From a virus, in the IMG/VR virus record IMGVR_UViG_3300048910_000190, positions 49,158 to 113,157 of that record: a DNA stretch of 64,000 nt. The stretch is one strand, 5' to 3'. Position 1 is the stretch's first letter, and every line of letters begins with the position of its first letter. Positions 1 through 7,064 of this stretch are shown here, one piece after another. The translations under genes were made by a program, and so were the position numbers. Below the pieces are notes generated by a model. It was not told the DNA's origin. It worked only from the letters and a program-made list of their open reading frames with translations, and searched no databases.

Positions 1-128
1 CAGGCCCGGCACTCCCACTCGCCGAGGTCCAAGTCGTCGGCCACCGCGCGGCAGTGCACGGGGTATCGGTACGTGCCGATCCAGTGGATCGACCAGGTGT
101 CACCGGGCGGGTGGGGCTTGTCGGCCAT
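1..128 (-). CDS. Hypothetical phage protein, 3' end outside the window (MADKPHPPGDTWSIHWIGTYRYPVHCRAV...)
   Basis: Manual translation from ATG at 128, preceded by CTGCGAGAGGATGAG, which also precedes the gene at 59428. Confidence 0.6.
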   Translation of the reverse strand, partial: MADKPHPPGDTWSIHWIGTYRYPVHCRAVADDLDLGEWECRA

Positions 129-151
129 GGGCTCATCCTCTCGCAGGGAAG

Positions 152-176
152 CCGCCCCGGGCAGTCCCTGGGGCGG
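152..176 (-). terminator. GC hairpin downstream of the Spd-like operon
   Basis: CCGCCCC (152-158) and GGGGCGG (170-176) inverted repeat; only a short pyrimidine tail. Confidence 0.45.
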
Positions 177-186
177 GTGAAGCTGG

Positions 187-273
187 CGGTAGGCGCTCCG
201 GTAGGAGTCGCGGTAGGGGCCCGGTAGGCGGGGCGGTAGGAGCGTGCTGACCTGCGAGTCCTACCGCGACTCC
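187..273. repeat. Five direct CGGTAGG heptamers plus one inverted copy (iteron/clt-like array)
   Basis: CGGTAGG at 187, 199, 211, 222, 234 (11-12 bp period); perfect 14-bp inverted repeat GGAGTCGCGGTAGG (204-217) / CCTACCGCGACTCC (260-273). Confidence 0.85.
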
Positions 274-314
274 CCAGCCCCGGGGAGGGGCCGCGAGCGA
301 CCCCAGGGGAGCGG

Positions 315-1037
315 TCAGACGGCCTTCTGCAGCACCGCCGGGACAGGTGCCGGATCAACCTCCGGGAGGGCCTTCAGCCGCACCCCCAGCCGCACCCGCT
401 GACGGCGCCGGAAGTGGAGCTTCAGCTCCTCCACGGGCAGGCTCAGATCGTCCGTCAGATAGGCCTTCAGGTCGGCCTTCTCCCAGCCCCCGAAGAGGCC
501 CCTCCGCTGGCCCTCCGTGAGCACGTCGTCGAGGTGCGCGGCGGTGCCCTGATCGGAGGTGTTGGCCACGTGCCGGATGAGGGCCAGCAGCACCTGCAGG
601 GGCGGCTCCTCGTCGATCCACTCCCCGTCATCGTCGGCAGCCGCCTGCCCGGGCGCAGCTCCCTTCTCCGCCTCTCCGGACGCGGCGGCCGGCACGTGGC
701 CTTGGCCGGCGACCAGCGCGGCCAGCACCCACAGCAGCACGCTTACGGTGACCGCCGTGGGCAGCCACGCGCCGACCAGCGGCCAGAACAGCCACAGCAC
801 CCCGGCTGTCCCCCCGGCGCGCCAGGCCCACATCACGAACGGGCGCTTCACGTCACCCTGCTCGGCCTTCGCCGCCGGGTGGCTCGCGCAGTGTTCGGCG
901 TGGCTGGGCTTTTTGTGCTCCGGGTGCTCACACGGCTCGGGCTCCGGCTCGGTGTTGCGGGCCTTGATGGCGGCGGCGATCCGGCGGTGCCCGGCGGCGA
1001 ACGTCGCCAGGTTGACGCCCTTCAGGTAGCCGCGCAT
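315..1037 (-). CDS. Membrane protein with putative C-terminal winged-helix-like DNA-binding domain (ATPase-less TraB-like layout)
   Basis: ATG at 1037 overlaps the upstream stop (ATGA); two hydrophobic segments (WAWRAGGTAGVLWLFWPLVGAW...), acidic linker, basic C-terminal domain. Confidence 0.7.
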   Translation of the reverse strand: MRGYLKGVNLATFAAGHRRIAAAIKARNTEPEPEPCEHPEHKKPSHAEHCASHPAAKAEQGDVKRPFVMWAWRAGGTAGVLWLFWPLVGAWLPTAVTVSVLLWVLAALVAGQGHVPAAASGEAEKGAAPGQAAADDDGEWIDEEPPLQVLLALIRHVANTSDQGTAAHLDDVLTEGQRRGLFGGWEKADLKAYLTDDLSLPVEELKLHFRRRQRVRLGVRLKALPEVDPAPVPAVLQKAV

Positions 1038-1444
1038 CAGGCACCGAACCCGTGCAGCAGGGACGCCATGATGGTCACGGGCACCGCGAGAATGCCCCCG
1101 GCGGCCGAGAGCGCGCCAGGCAGCGCGACCCCCACGATCAGGTCCTTGGTCATGGTCGGCTTGGTGCCGAATCCGATCAGGATCAGGGTCACGGCAACCG
1201 CGCCGGCGCCGATCGGGCCTACGGCGCCGGACTGCTGGCTGACCGTCTGGTTGATCGTTGTGGCTACGGTGCTGAGCTGGGCCAGCGCCTGGCCGCCCCC
1301 GGCAGAGAGCAGGCCGAGCGCGGCACCCCAGTAGATGACGTGGTGGTCCTTGACGGGCTTGAGCCTTCCGCCGCCCTTCTTGTGGACGAACAGAGCGACG
1401 ATGATCAGGAGGATGGCACCGCCCGATCCGATTGCTCCGAACAT
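1037..1444 (-). CDS. Spd-like integral membrane protein
   Basis: 135 aa with several Gly/Ala-rich hydrophobic helices; resembles actinomycete plasmid/AICE spread proteins by composition and context. Confidence 0.7.
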   Translation of the reverse strand: MFGAIGSGGAILLIIVALFVHKKGGGRLKPVKDHHVIYWGAALGLLSAGGGQALAQLSTVATTINQTVSQQSGAVGPIGAGAVAVTLILIGFGTKPTMTKDLIVGVALPGALSAAGGILAVPVTIMASLLHGFGA

Positions 1445-1453
1445 GACGGCCTC

Positions 1454-2023
1454 CTAACGGGCAGTGGGGACGTGGCCGTACAGGACGGCGATGGTGGGGA
1501 CGAGGCCGCACATGGCGACCAGCGCGGAGGCGAAGGGAACCCGGGTGAGGATCACGCCCACGAGCGCCCACTGGCGGGCCTCGGAGACCCGCACCTTCCC
1601 CTTGCTGCGGAGCCACCAGTCGACCCACCAGGCGGCAACTACGGCTCCCACCTGGACCGGTTGCGGCAGGTGCGCGAGCGCCTGGGGCGCCCCGACCTCC
1701 CAGCCGATGCCGGTGGACACGGCGGTCAGCAGCACCCACTGCCGGAATCGCTTGACGCGCTCGCCGTAGTGCTGGCGCCACAGGGCGGTGGCGGCCCGCT
1801 CGGCCGCCTTCCGCTCGACCCGGTGCCGCGCCTCACGCTCGTTCTGGGTCTCGCCTGCGGCGATGAACGCCGCCTCGCGCTCGGTCTTCCGGCGGGTGGC
1901 CCTCTCCTCCGGGGTCTCGGCGATGATGGCGGCGATCCGCTCGAGGACCGCGGCGGGGAGGACGTGCGACGGGTCGTCGTCCTGCTCCGGCTCGCCCTCC
2001 TTCTCGTCCGGCTCCTCGGTCAC
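1454..2023 (-). CDS. Membrane protein with acidic N-terminus and coiled coil
   Basis: GTG at 2023 overlaps the upstream stop, RBS GGAG; C-terminal hydrophobic segments. Confidence 0.7.
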   Translation of the reverse strand: MTEEPDEKEGEPEQDDDPSHVLPAAVLERIAAIIAETPEERATRRKTEREAAFIAAGETQNEREARHRVERKAAERAATALWRQHYGERVKRFRQWVLLTAVSTGIGWEVGAPQALAHLPQPVQVGAVVAAWWVDWWLRSKGKVRVSEARQWALVGVILTRVPFASALVAMCGLVPTIAVLYGHVPTAR

Positions 2024-2118
2024 CTCCGGCTCCGGCGCATCCACCGGAGGGCGGTGTACGCGGCGGCGGCTGCGGTCGGCTCCCCTACGGCCAGGGCCCA
2101 CCAGATCAGACTGTGCAT
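2020..2118 (-). CDS. 32-aa membrane peptide (MHSLIWWALAVGEPTAAAAAYTALRWMRRSRR)
   Basis: Not in the ORF track; strong RBS GAAGGGGAG; its stop overlaps the next GTG. Confidence 0.6.
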   Translation of the reverse strand: MHSLIWWALAVGEPTAAAAAYTALRWMRRSRR

Positions 2119-2154
2119 CGTGCTCCCCCTTCGGGTGGCGGGTTCGGCGGCGCA

Positions 2155-2316
2155 TCATGACCGCCACCACTTCTTGGGCGCGGGTTCGACGACCCAGGTG
2201 GTGCGTCCTGCGCGGTTGCCTTCGATCTGGCGGTGGCCGGCACGGTCGGCCCGCCGGTTGGCGGCTGCCCGGCACTGCTGACCGGACTGCTCCGGCTTGT
2301 CCTTGCGTCCGAACAT
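2155..2316 (-). CDS. 53-aa basic protein (MFGRKDKPEQSGQQCRAAANRR...PKKWWRS)
   Basis: Not in the ORF track; ATG overlaps the DUF2637 gene stop. Confidence 0.6.
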   Translation of the reverse strand: MFGRKDKPEQSGQQCRAAANRRADRAGHRQIEGNRAGRTTWVVEPAPKKWWRS

Positions 2317-3428
2317 CACGCGTACCCGCCGTTCCCGTGGCGCCGCTCATGCGCGGCCTGCTGTGCGGCGGCCTCTGCCTGCTCGGCGGTGCGGGCGCGG
2401 GAGAGGGCGGTGCGGATGTATGCGGTGTCGGCGGGCCGGCCTGCCTTGGCGAGGGCTTGGGCAACGACCGATGCGGCGGTGTCGAGGCCGCCGAGGTGCC
2501 GGGCCATGGTGGTGATCGCATCGGCCTTCGACAGGCCGCTGAGCTGGGGCGCATCACCGCGCATCAGGGCGTCGAGTGCGGGGCGGCTGTCCCTCGGTGT
2601 GATCGGTGGCGTCTCGGGCCGTACCCGGTCGAGGGTGACCGTCGGCGTCGCGGCGAGTTCGAGGGCGAGCGCCACGTCGAGGGCTGACACGGTGGTGCCG
2701 TACGAGCCGAGCAGCTCAGCGAGCTCCGCATGGTTGAGGTGCGGGTGAGACTCAGCGGCAACGGTGATCACCTGGGCTGGGTCCATCGCGGCGAACTTCT
2801 CGGCGAGGACGGCGTGGGCGGTGCGGGGCCGTGATGCGGGCTGATGCGCGGGTGATGCGCCGCTGGTCACGTGCGCAACGGCCCTCGCCTGAAGCGCTCC
2901 AGCGGCTTCGTTGTGGGCGAGGAGCCACCCCCAGAAGCCGAAGCTCGGCAGGCGGAACGCGGACTCGCCGCGGGCAGCGCGAGCGTTGGCCCGATCGGCG
3001 TTCCATGAGAGCGCCGAGACAACGAGCAACCCGAGGGCCGGTGAGGCGTACAGCACCTCGGCGGGGTGGCCGCCGTGGGTGATGTCGGCGTGGACGAGGT
3101 TGAGGTAGACGGAGACGCTGGCCATGCCGAGAGTGGCGAGGATGCTGGGCGCTGCGGTTCGGCCGGCGCGGATCGCGTCGGATGCGGAGCGAAGGCAGAG
3201 ATAGGCGACGCCGTCGAAGACGAGTCCGGCGGCGAGAGCGAGTCCACGGGGGACGTCGTAGTGGCGGGCGACGGTGTAGAGACTCCAGCCGGCCATGCAG
3301 GCTGCTGCGAGACGGATGCCGCCGACGACTGCGTGGCGGCTGGCGGCTGCGATGAACTCGCGGAGGGCGTTGATGTTGCGGTGGCTGCTGTTGTCGGGGG
3401 GTTCGTGGGTAGGGTTTGTGCTGGCCAT
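2316..3428 (-). CDS. DUF2637-like (SpdB2-type) membrane protein with C-terminal HTH-like domain
   Basis: About four TM helices, motif LALAAGLVFDGVAY, low-complexity linker, C-terminus ..YIRTALSR..GNGGYA shared with the 61788-62795 protein. Confidence 0.75.
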   Translation of the reverse strand: MASTNPTHEPPDNSSHRNINALREFIAAASRHAVVGGIRLAAACMAGWSLYTVARHYDVPRGLALAAGLVFDGVAYLCLRSASDAIRAGRTAAPSILATLGMASVSVYLNLVHADITHGGHPAEVLYASPALGLLVVSALSWNADRANARAARGESAFRLPSFGFWGWLLAHNEAAGALQARAVAHVTSGASPAHQPASRPRTAHAVLAEKFAAMDPAQVITVAAESHPHLNHAELAELLGSYGTTVSALDVALALELAATPTVTLDRVRPETPPITPRDSRPALDALMRGDAPQLSGLSKADAITTMARHLGGLDTAASVVAQALAKAGRPADTAYIRTALSRARTAEQAEAAAQQAAHERRHGNGGYA

Positions 3429-3503
3429 GGGAGGCGTGTCTCCTGTGGTTGCGGAAGGGGCCGGGTCGCGGTGGAGTCGCGTGCCCGGCTCTGCCGTTTC
3501 CGG

Positions 3504-3681
3504 TCAGAGGTGGGTGTCGATGAGGTGTCGGAGGATGGCGGAGCGGCTGGTTCCTCCGGTGGTGGCGGCGGTGAGTTTGGCGATCTGGGGGCCGTAGAGG
3601 GTGATGCCGCCGATGACCTTTTTGGTGGGGGGGTTCGGTGGGCGCGGTGGCCTGGGGTGACCCCTCGTCAGAGGTGTGCAT
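3504..3681 (-). pseudogene. Ribbon-helix-helix (CopG/Arc-like) regulator split by a +1 frameshift in a G7 tract
   Basis: Leaderless ATG at 3681 after TTGCCG-N17-TACCTT; removing one base from the G7 tract (3627-3633) gives a 58-aa protein MHTSDEG...TKKVIGGITLYGPQIAKLTAATTGGTSRSAILRHLIDTHL. Confidence 0.6.
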
Positions 3682-3760
3682 ATGCACAAGGTAGCAGCTG
3701 TGCATATGCACGGCAATCGGCATGCTCGACGTATGCATATGCAGCCTTTAACCTGGGCGA
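3675..3760. promoter_or_regulatory. Divergent leaderless promoters with three TGCATATGCA palindromic operators
   Basis: Palindromes at 3677-3686, 3701-3710, 3734-3743; -10 TACCTT (minus) and TAACCT (plus, 3749-3754), each 6 nt before an ATG. Confidence 0.8.
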
Positions 3761-3940
3761 ATGGTCAGCCGAGCGAAGGACACCCACACCACGAACCGGG
3801 TCGTCCGCGTCCCCGATGCGGACTGGGCTGACCTAGGTGAGCGCGCTGGCAACCGGGCGCAGGTGCTGCGCGCGCTGATCGCCTGGTACCTGCGCCGACC
3901 GGGCGCTGAACTGCCAGAAAGGCCGCCCATCACGAAGTGA
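3761..3940 (+). CDS. 59-aa ribbon-helix-helix-like DNA-binding protein (MVSRAKDTHTTNRVVRVPDADWADLGERAGNRAQVLRALIAWYLRRPGAELPERPPITK)
   Basis: Not in the ORF track; alternating beta-strand RVVRV then two helices; leaderless promoter. Confidence 0.75.
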   Translation: MVSRAKDTHTTNRVVRVPDADWADLGERAGNRAQVLRALIAWYLRRPGAELPERPPITK

Positions 3941-3974
3941 CGGACGGCCTCCGACCTGCGCGCATCACGGCGCA

Positions 3975-4205
3975 TCAGGTACGGCGGGACTGCTTCTTGG
4001 GCAGCCAGCGTTCGCCGGCCCAGAGGGTGATGGTGCCGAGCATGGCGAACGTGGGGATGAAGATGACGAGGCCGAAGGCGCCACGGGAGGTGGTGACCGC
4101 GTGGGTGATGAGCGCCGCGGCCACCTCGACGGTAAGTGCCGTGAGGATCAGGTACCAGAACAGGGCGCCCTGCCGGATCCGGTAGCGGGGGCGCCTGGAG
4201 CTCAC
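3975..4205 (-). CDS. Small two-TM membrane protein
   Basis: GTG overlaps the upstream stop; two hydrophobic helices. Confidence 0.65.
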   Translation of the reverse strand: MSSRRPRYRIRQGALFWYLILTALTVEVAAALITHAVTTSRGAFGLVIFIPTFAMLGTITLWAGERWLPKKQSRRT

Positions 4206-4429
4206 TGGGACTCCTCGGGGTAGGGCTGGTCGAACCAGACCCAGCGGTCGCAGTCGCGTTCCCACTGCTCGACGCGGATCGCGGTCGCGGAGAACACGCC
4301 GGTGTTGATCGCATCGCGCAGGTTCCGGACCACCTCGTATGCCCGCGCCTCACTGGTGTGCTCGGTGCGGGTCGTGGCGCCAGCTGGGGTGGTGGCGATC
4401 ACCGCCCACGGCTTCGACTTGCGGGCCAT
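4202..4429 (-). CDS. Hypothetical phage protein
   Basis: 75-aa ORF coupled to neighbours; RBS AAGGAG. Confidence 0.7.
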   Translation of the reverse strand: MARKSKPWAVIATTPAGATTRTEHTSEARAYEVVRNLRDAINTGVFSATAIRVEQWERDCDRWVWFDQPYPEESQ

Positions 4430-4755
4430 CAGGACTCCTTCGTCGGGTCGGTCGCCAGGGCGCGGCGCGTCTGGTGCTGCTCGCGCCAGTGCCGGTTGGC
4501 GGCCTCGACGGCGATGCTGAGGCTGCTGGTGTCGCAGATGATGTGCTCGGACGGGCTGCAGTGGTGGCAGCGGATGCCGCCTTGGCCGACCGAGAAGTCG
4601 TGCAGGCGGGGCGCGTACGCCTGGTGGCGGATGATGACGGCCTCGGGCTGGCCGTCGCGGGTGACGAGCAGCGGGCCTCGTGTGCGGTGACTGTCGAGCC
4701 CTGCGATGGTGTCGCTGAGGTTCAGGGCGAGGTCGCGGATGTCGATCGGGTTCAT
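4429..4755 (-). CDS. Phd/YefM antitoxin-like domain fused to a Cys/His (Zn-binding) domain
   Basis: MNPIDIRDLALNLSDTI...GPLLVTRDGQPEAVII fits the Phd/YefM pattern; then CHHC...H. Confidence 0.6.
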   Translation of the reverse strand: MNPIDIRDLALNLSDTIAGLDSHRTRGPLLVTRDGQPEAVIIRHQAYAPRLHDFSVGQGGIRCHHCSPSEHIICDTSSLSIAVEAANRHWREQHQTRRALATDPTKES

Positions 4756-5063
4756 CAGGACTCCTCGGTGTTGATGGGCAGCCACTTTGTGACCGTGACC
4801 TGGCGCTCCTCCATCGCGGTCGCCGTGACGACCGCCTCCGGGTCTGAGGTGCCGAACGGCTCGCACTCCTGCTCCTCCGTCAAACCGACCTCATAGCGGA
4901 CAGCCCACACCTGGCCGTCGTGGCGGAACAGCAGCTCGTGGAGAGCGACCCAGCGGCGGGATTCAACCTGCCGATCGCTGACCTCCTGGTCGTCGTCGAG
5001 CTCGAACGGCACGCCGATCTCTTCGAGTTCGGCGATGGTGAACTTGCGGGTGAGCTTGGCCAT
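4755..5063 (-). CDS. Acidic hypothetical phage protein
   Basis: ATG at 5063 with RBS GAAGGGG; coupled to the next gene. Confidence 0.7.
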   Translation of the reverse strand: MAKLTRKFTIAELEEIGVPFELDDDQEVSDRQVESRRWVALHELLFRHDGQVWAVRYEVGLTEEQECEPFGTSDPEAVVTATAMEERQVTVTKWLPINTEES

Positions 5064-5088
5064 CAGGCGCCCCTTCGGTGTCGGGTGG

Positions 5089-5415
5089 TCAGTTCTGGCA
5101 GCCGTGCTGGTGGACGGTCTCGGCGCGGCAGGGACACGAGGCAGCCGCCAGCGGGTGGTCACGCATGGCCAGCAGGGCACCGATGGCGAAGTTGATCCCG
5201 GGCGCGCGCTTCGAGTCCGGGGCCAGGGTGACGAGGCGGTTGAACCGGCCGATGGCCTCATTGAAAGCGGCAGCGCGGGTGCTCGCGATGCCTTCGGCGA
5301 TCGCGGCGTCGACCAGGCCCTCCAGGCGGGCCGCCGCGTCGGGGTACTCCTCGGCGGTCGGGTCCTCGCCGGCGCGCAGCTCGGCCAGCAGACGGTCACG
5401 GGCGGTGGTGGTCAT
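5089..5415 (-). CDS. Hypothetical phage protein
   Basis: ATG at 5415 after GAGGAG; helical composition. Confidence 0.65.
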   Translation of the reverse strand: MTTTARDRLLAELRAGEDPTAEEYPDAAARLEGLVDAAIAEGIASTRAAAFNEAIGRFNRLVTLAPDSKRAPGINFAIGALLAMRDHPLAAASCPCRAETVHQHGCQN

Positions 5416-5417
5416 GG

Positions 5418-5555
5418 TCAGGACTCCTCGGAGTAGTCGCAGCAGAGTTCGCAGCACACCTCGTCGTCGACGTATCCGGCTTCGTCGCCTTCGGTGATGC
5501 GGTCGCCGCAGCTGTTGCAGTCGCTGTCGAAGCGGGCAGTGAAACGGGCGGCCAT
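5418..5555 (-). CDS. 45-aa Cys-rich (Zn-finger-like) protein (MAARFTARFDSDCNSCGDRI...CCELCC)
   Basis: Manual translation; RBS AAGGAG; CxxC pairs. Confidence 0.7.
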   Translation of the reverse strand: MAARFTARFDSDCNSCGDRITEGDEAGYVDDEVCCELCCDYSEES

Positions 5556-5557
5556 GG

Positions 5558-5737
5558 TCAGGACTCCTTGGTGGCTCGGGCCTTGCGGGCGTAGCGGATC
5601 TCGCGGAGTTCGTTGCCGCTGCGCTGCATGTTGGCGTTGGCCCGCTGGTAGGCGGTGCGGGCGTCCTCGGCGTCGGCGAGCAGGCGCCGTTCGCGGTCGT
5701 CGAGTTCGGCGTCGGTCAGGTCGGCGAGGGGGTCCAT
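5558..5737 (-). CDS. 59-aa coiled-coil protein (MDPLADLTDAELDDRERR...)
   Basis: Manual translation; RBS GAGGA. Confidence 0.65.
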   Translation of the reverse strand: MDPLADLTDAELDDRERRLLADAEDARTAYQRANANMQRSGNELREIRYARKARATKES

Positions 5738-5747
5738 GGTGGTGTCC

Positions 5748-5921
5748 TCAGTGCTCGTCGGGGCGGTGGGCGGCGGGCGCCTGCACGAACACCTCGACCT
5801 CGAAGCGGTGGCCGTCCGGGCAGTCGACGTACATGCGGGGCCCGGTCAGGCCGCACAGGGTCTCGACCTCGAAATCCGCCAGCTCGGGGCTGGTGCAGTC
5901 GGGGTTCGGGCAGGCGATCAC
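5748..5921 (-). CDS. Small Zn-ribbon protein
   Basis: CPNPDC...CPDGH motif; GTG start. Confidence 0.65.
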   Translation of the reverse strand: MIACPNPDCTSPELADFEVETLCGLTGPRMYVDCPDGHRFEVEVFVQAPAAHRPDEH

Positions 5922-5947
5922 GGCAAGCTTCTTGGGGGCTGGTTGGT

Positions 5948-5969
5948 GGCCGGGGCGCAAACCCCGGCC
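5948..5969. terminator. GC hairpin in an intergenic gap
   Basis: GGCCGGGG-cgcaaa-CCCCGGCC. Confidence 0.4.
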
Positions 5970-6000
5970 AAGGACGGTCAGATGTGCGTGGTGTCCGCCG

Positions 6001-6363
6001 TCACGACGACTGGCCTCGGCCCTGGTCGTACACCCGGGTGCGGGCAGGTGGGCCGTCCATGTGGAGACCGCACACCGGCAGCCACTCCTTGACGTCGCGG
6101 TACCAGCGCCATCCGATGGACTCGGCGTCGCAGCCGCCGCCGTCGCAGGACCGGCCGTAGGTCTCCTCCACTGGCGCATCGGGCAGGCGGGGTGAGGTAC
6201 CAGCGGTCAGCTGGGCTCGCTCGGGAATGCCTCCGACGGGCGGTTGGCGAGATCCGGGGCAGAGCTGGGTCTTCAGCAGGTGGCTCCTGACGAGGCCGCC
6301 TGCGACGAGTTGGCGTTCCTGGCCGCAGCTGGCGCAGGTGCCGCGCTCTGGGGTGCCCGTCAC
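6001..6363 (-). CDS. Cys/His-rich hypothetical protein
   Basis: CASC...H...C and C...C...CxxH motifs; start overlaps the upstream stop. Confidence 0.65.
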   Translation of the reverse strand: MTGTPERGTCASCGQERQLVAGGLVRSHLLKTQLCPGSRQPPVGGIPERAQLTAGTSPRLPDAPVEETYGRSCDGGGCDAESIGWRWYRDVKEWLPVCGLHMDGPPARTRVYDQGRGQSS

Positions 6364-6521
6364 TTGCTCGCCTTGATCTCGTTCTGTGCGATGCGGAAGT
6401 TCTCGCTCACGAACTTCGCGTGATCATTCGGCGCGCACTGCGGGCGATCGCAGGTCAGTGCCTCGCGTACGACGTTGGCCATGAACTCCACGGAGTCGTT
6501 CGCCTCGGGCGGGTTGGTCAC
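6360..6521 (-). CDS. Small hypothetical protein
   Basis: GTG at 6521 after CAGGAGACC. Confidence 0.55.
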   Translation of the reverse strand: MTNPPEANDSVEFMANVVREALTCDRPQCAPNDHAKFVSENFRIAQNEIKASK

Positions 6522-6570
6522 GGTGGTCTCCTGGGTGTTGGGTTGGGTGGCTGGCGGGAACACGGGGCGG

Positions 6571-6867
6571 TCAGGCGGGAAGGTCCGAGTCCGCGCGGGC
6601 GATACGGGCGGCGTGGTGCAGGCCGAGACGCCGAGCGCGCATCGCCGGGATGTCCGGGTACTCGGCAAGGTTCCGGGCCATCGCAGCCTCGATCTCCTGC
6701 GCCACCTGCTCGCGGATGTGGGCCTCGATCGCGGGCCAGAAGTGCGCGAGGAGCGCGACAGTCCGGCCCTGCGACAGGTGGAGCGGTGCCCCGTTGTGGT
6801 TCTTGTCGATGGGCGGCGCGGTGTGGGTGAGTTCGGTGACGGCGGTCGGGATGTCGTCGGGGGTCAC
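6571..6867 (-). CDS. Hypothetical phage protein
   Basis: GTG at 6867 after AAGGAGACC. Confidence 0.65.
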   Translation of the reverse strand: MTPDDIPTAVTELTHTAPPIDKNHNGAPLHLSQGRTVALLAHFWPAIEAHIREQVAQEIEAAMARNLAEYPDIPAMRARRLGLHHAARIARADSDLPA

Positions 6868-6896
6868 GGCGGTCTCCTTCGGATTGACGTGGGCGG

Positions 6897-7064
6897 TTAG
6901 GCGGCGTAGGCGAAGGTGAACCCGCCGGTCACGTCGGTCAGGCCCTCCCACGAGGCGAGGCAGTCCGTGCAGGTCTTGTCTCCGGACGGTCCGGGCTGGA
7001 GTTCCTGCGGCTCGAACTCCCAGCCGCAGAACTCGCAGGCGGCAGAGTCGACGGGGGCGTTCAC
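6897..7064 (-). CDS. Small Zn-finger-like protein
   Basis: CEFC...CTDC; GTG overlaps the upstream stop. Confidence 0.65.
   Translation of the reverse strand: MNAPVDSAACEFCGWEFEPQELQPGPSGDKTCTDCLASWEGLTDVTGGFTFAYAA

Noticed and set aside
187-273. CRISPR-like appearance of the repeats
   Set aside because: Repeats are 7 bp with 4-5 bp spacers, far too short, and no cas genes are present; the Cas4-like exonuclease is in a recombination context
2752-3738. 328-aa Arg/Pro/His-rich minus-strand ORF
   Set aside because: Out-of-frame overlap with the DUF2637 gene; only its first codons from 3681 look real, as the start of the frameshifted RHH
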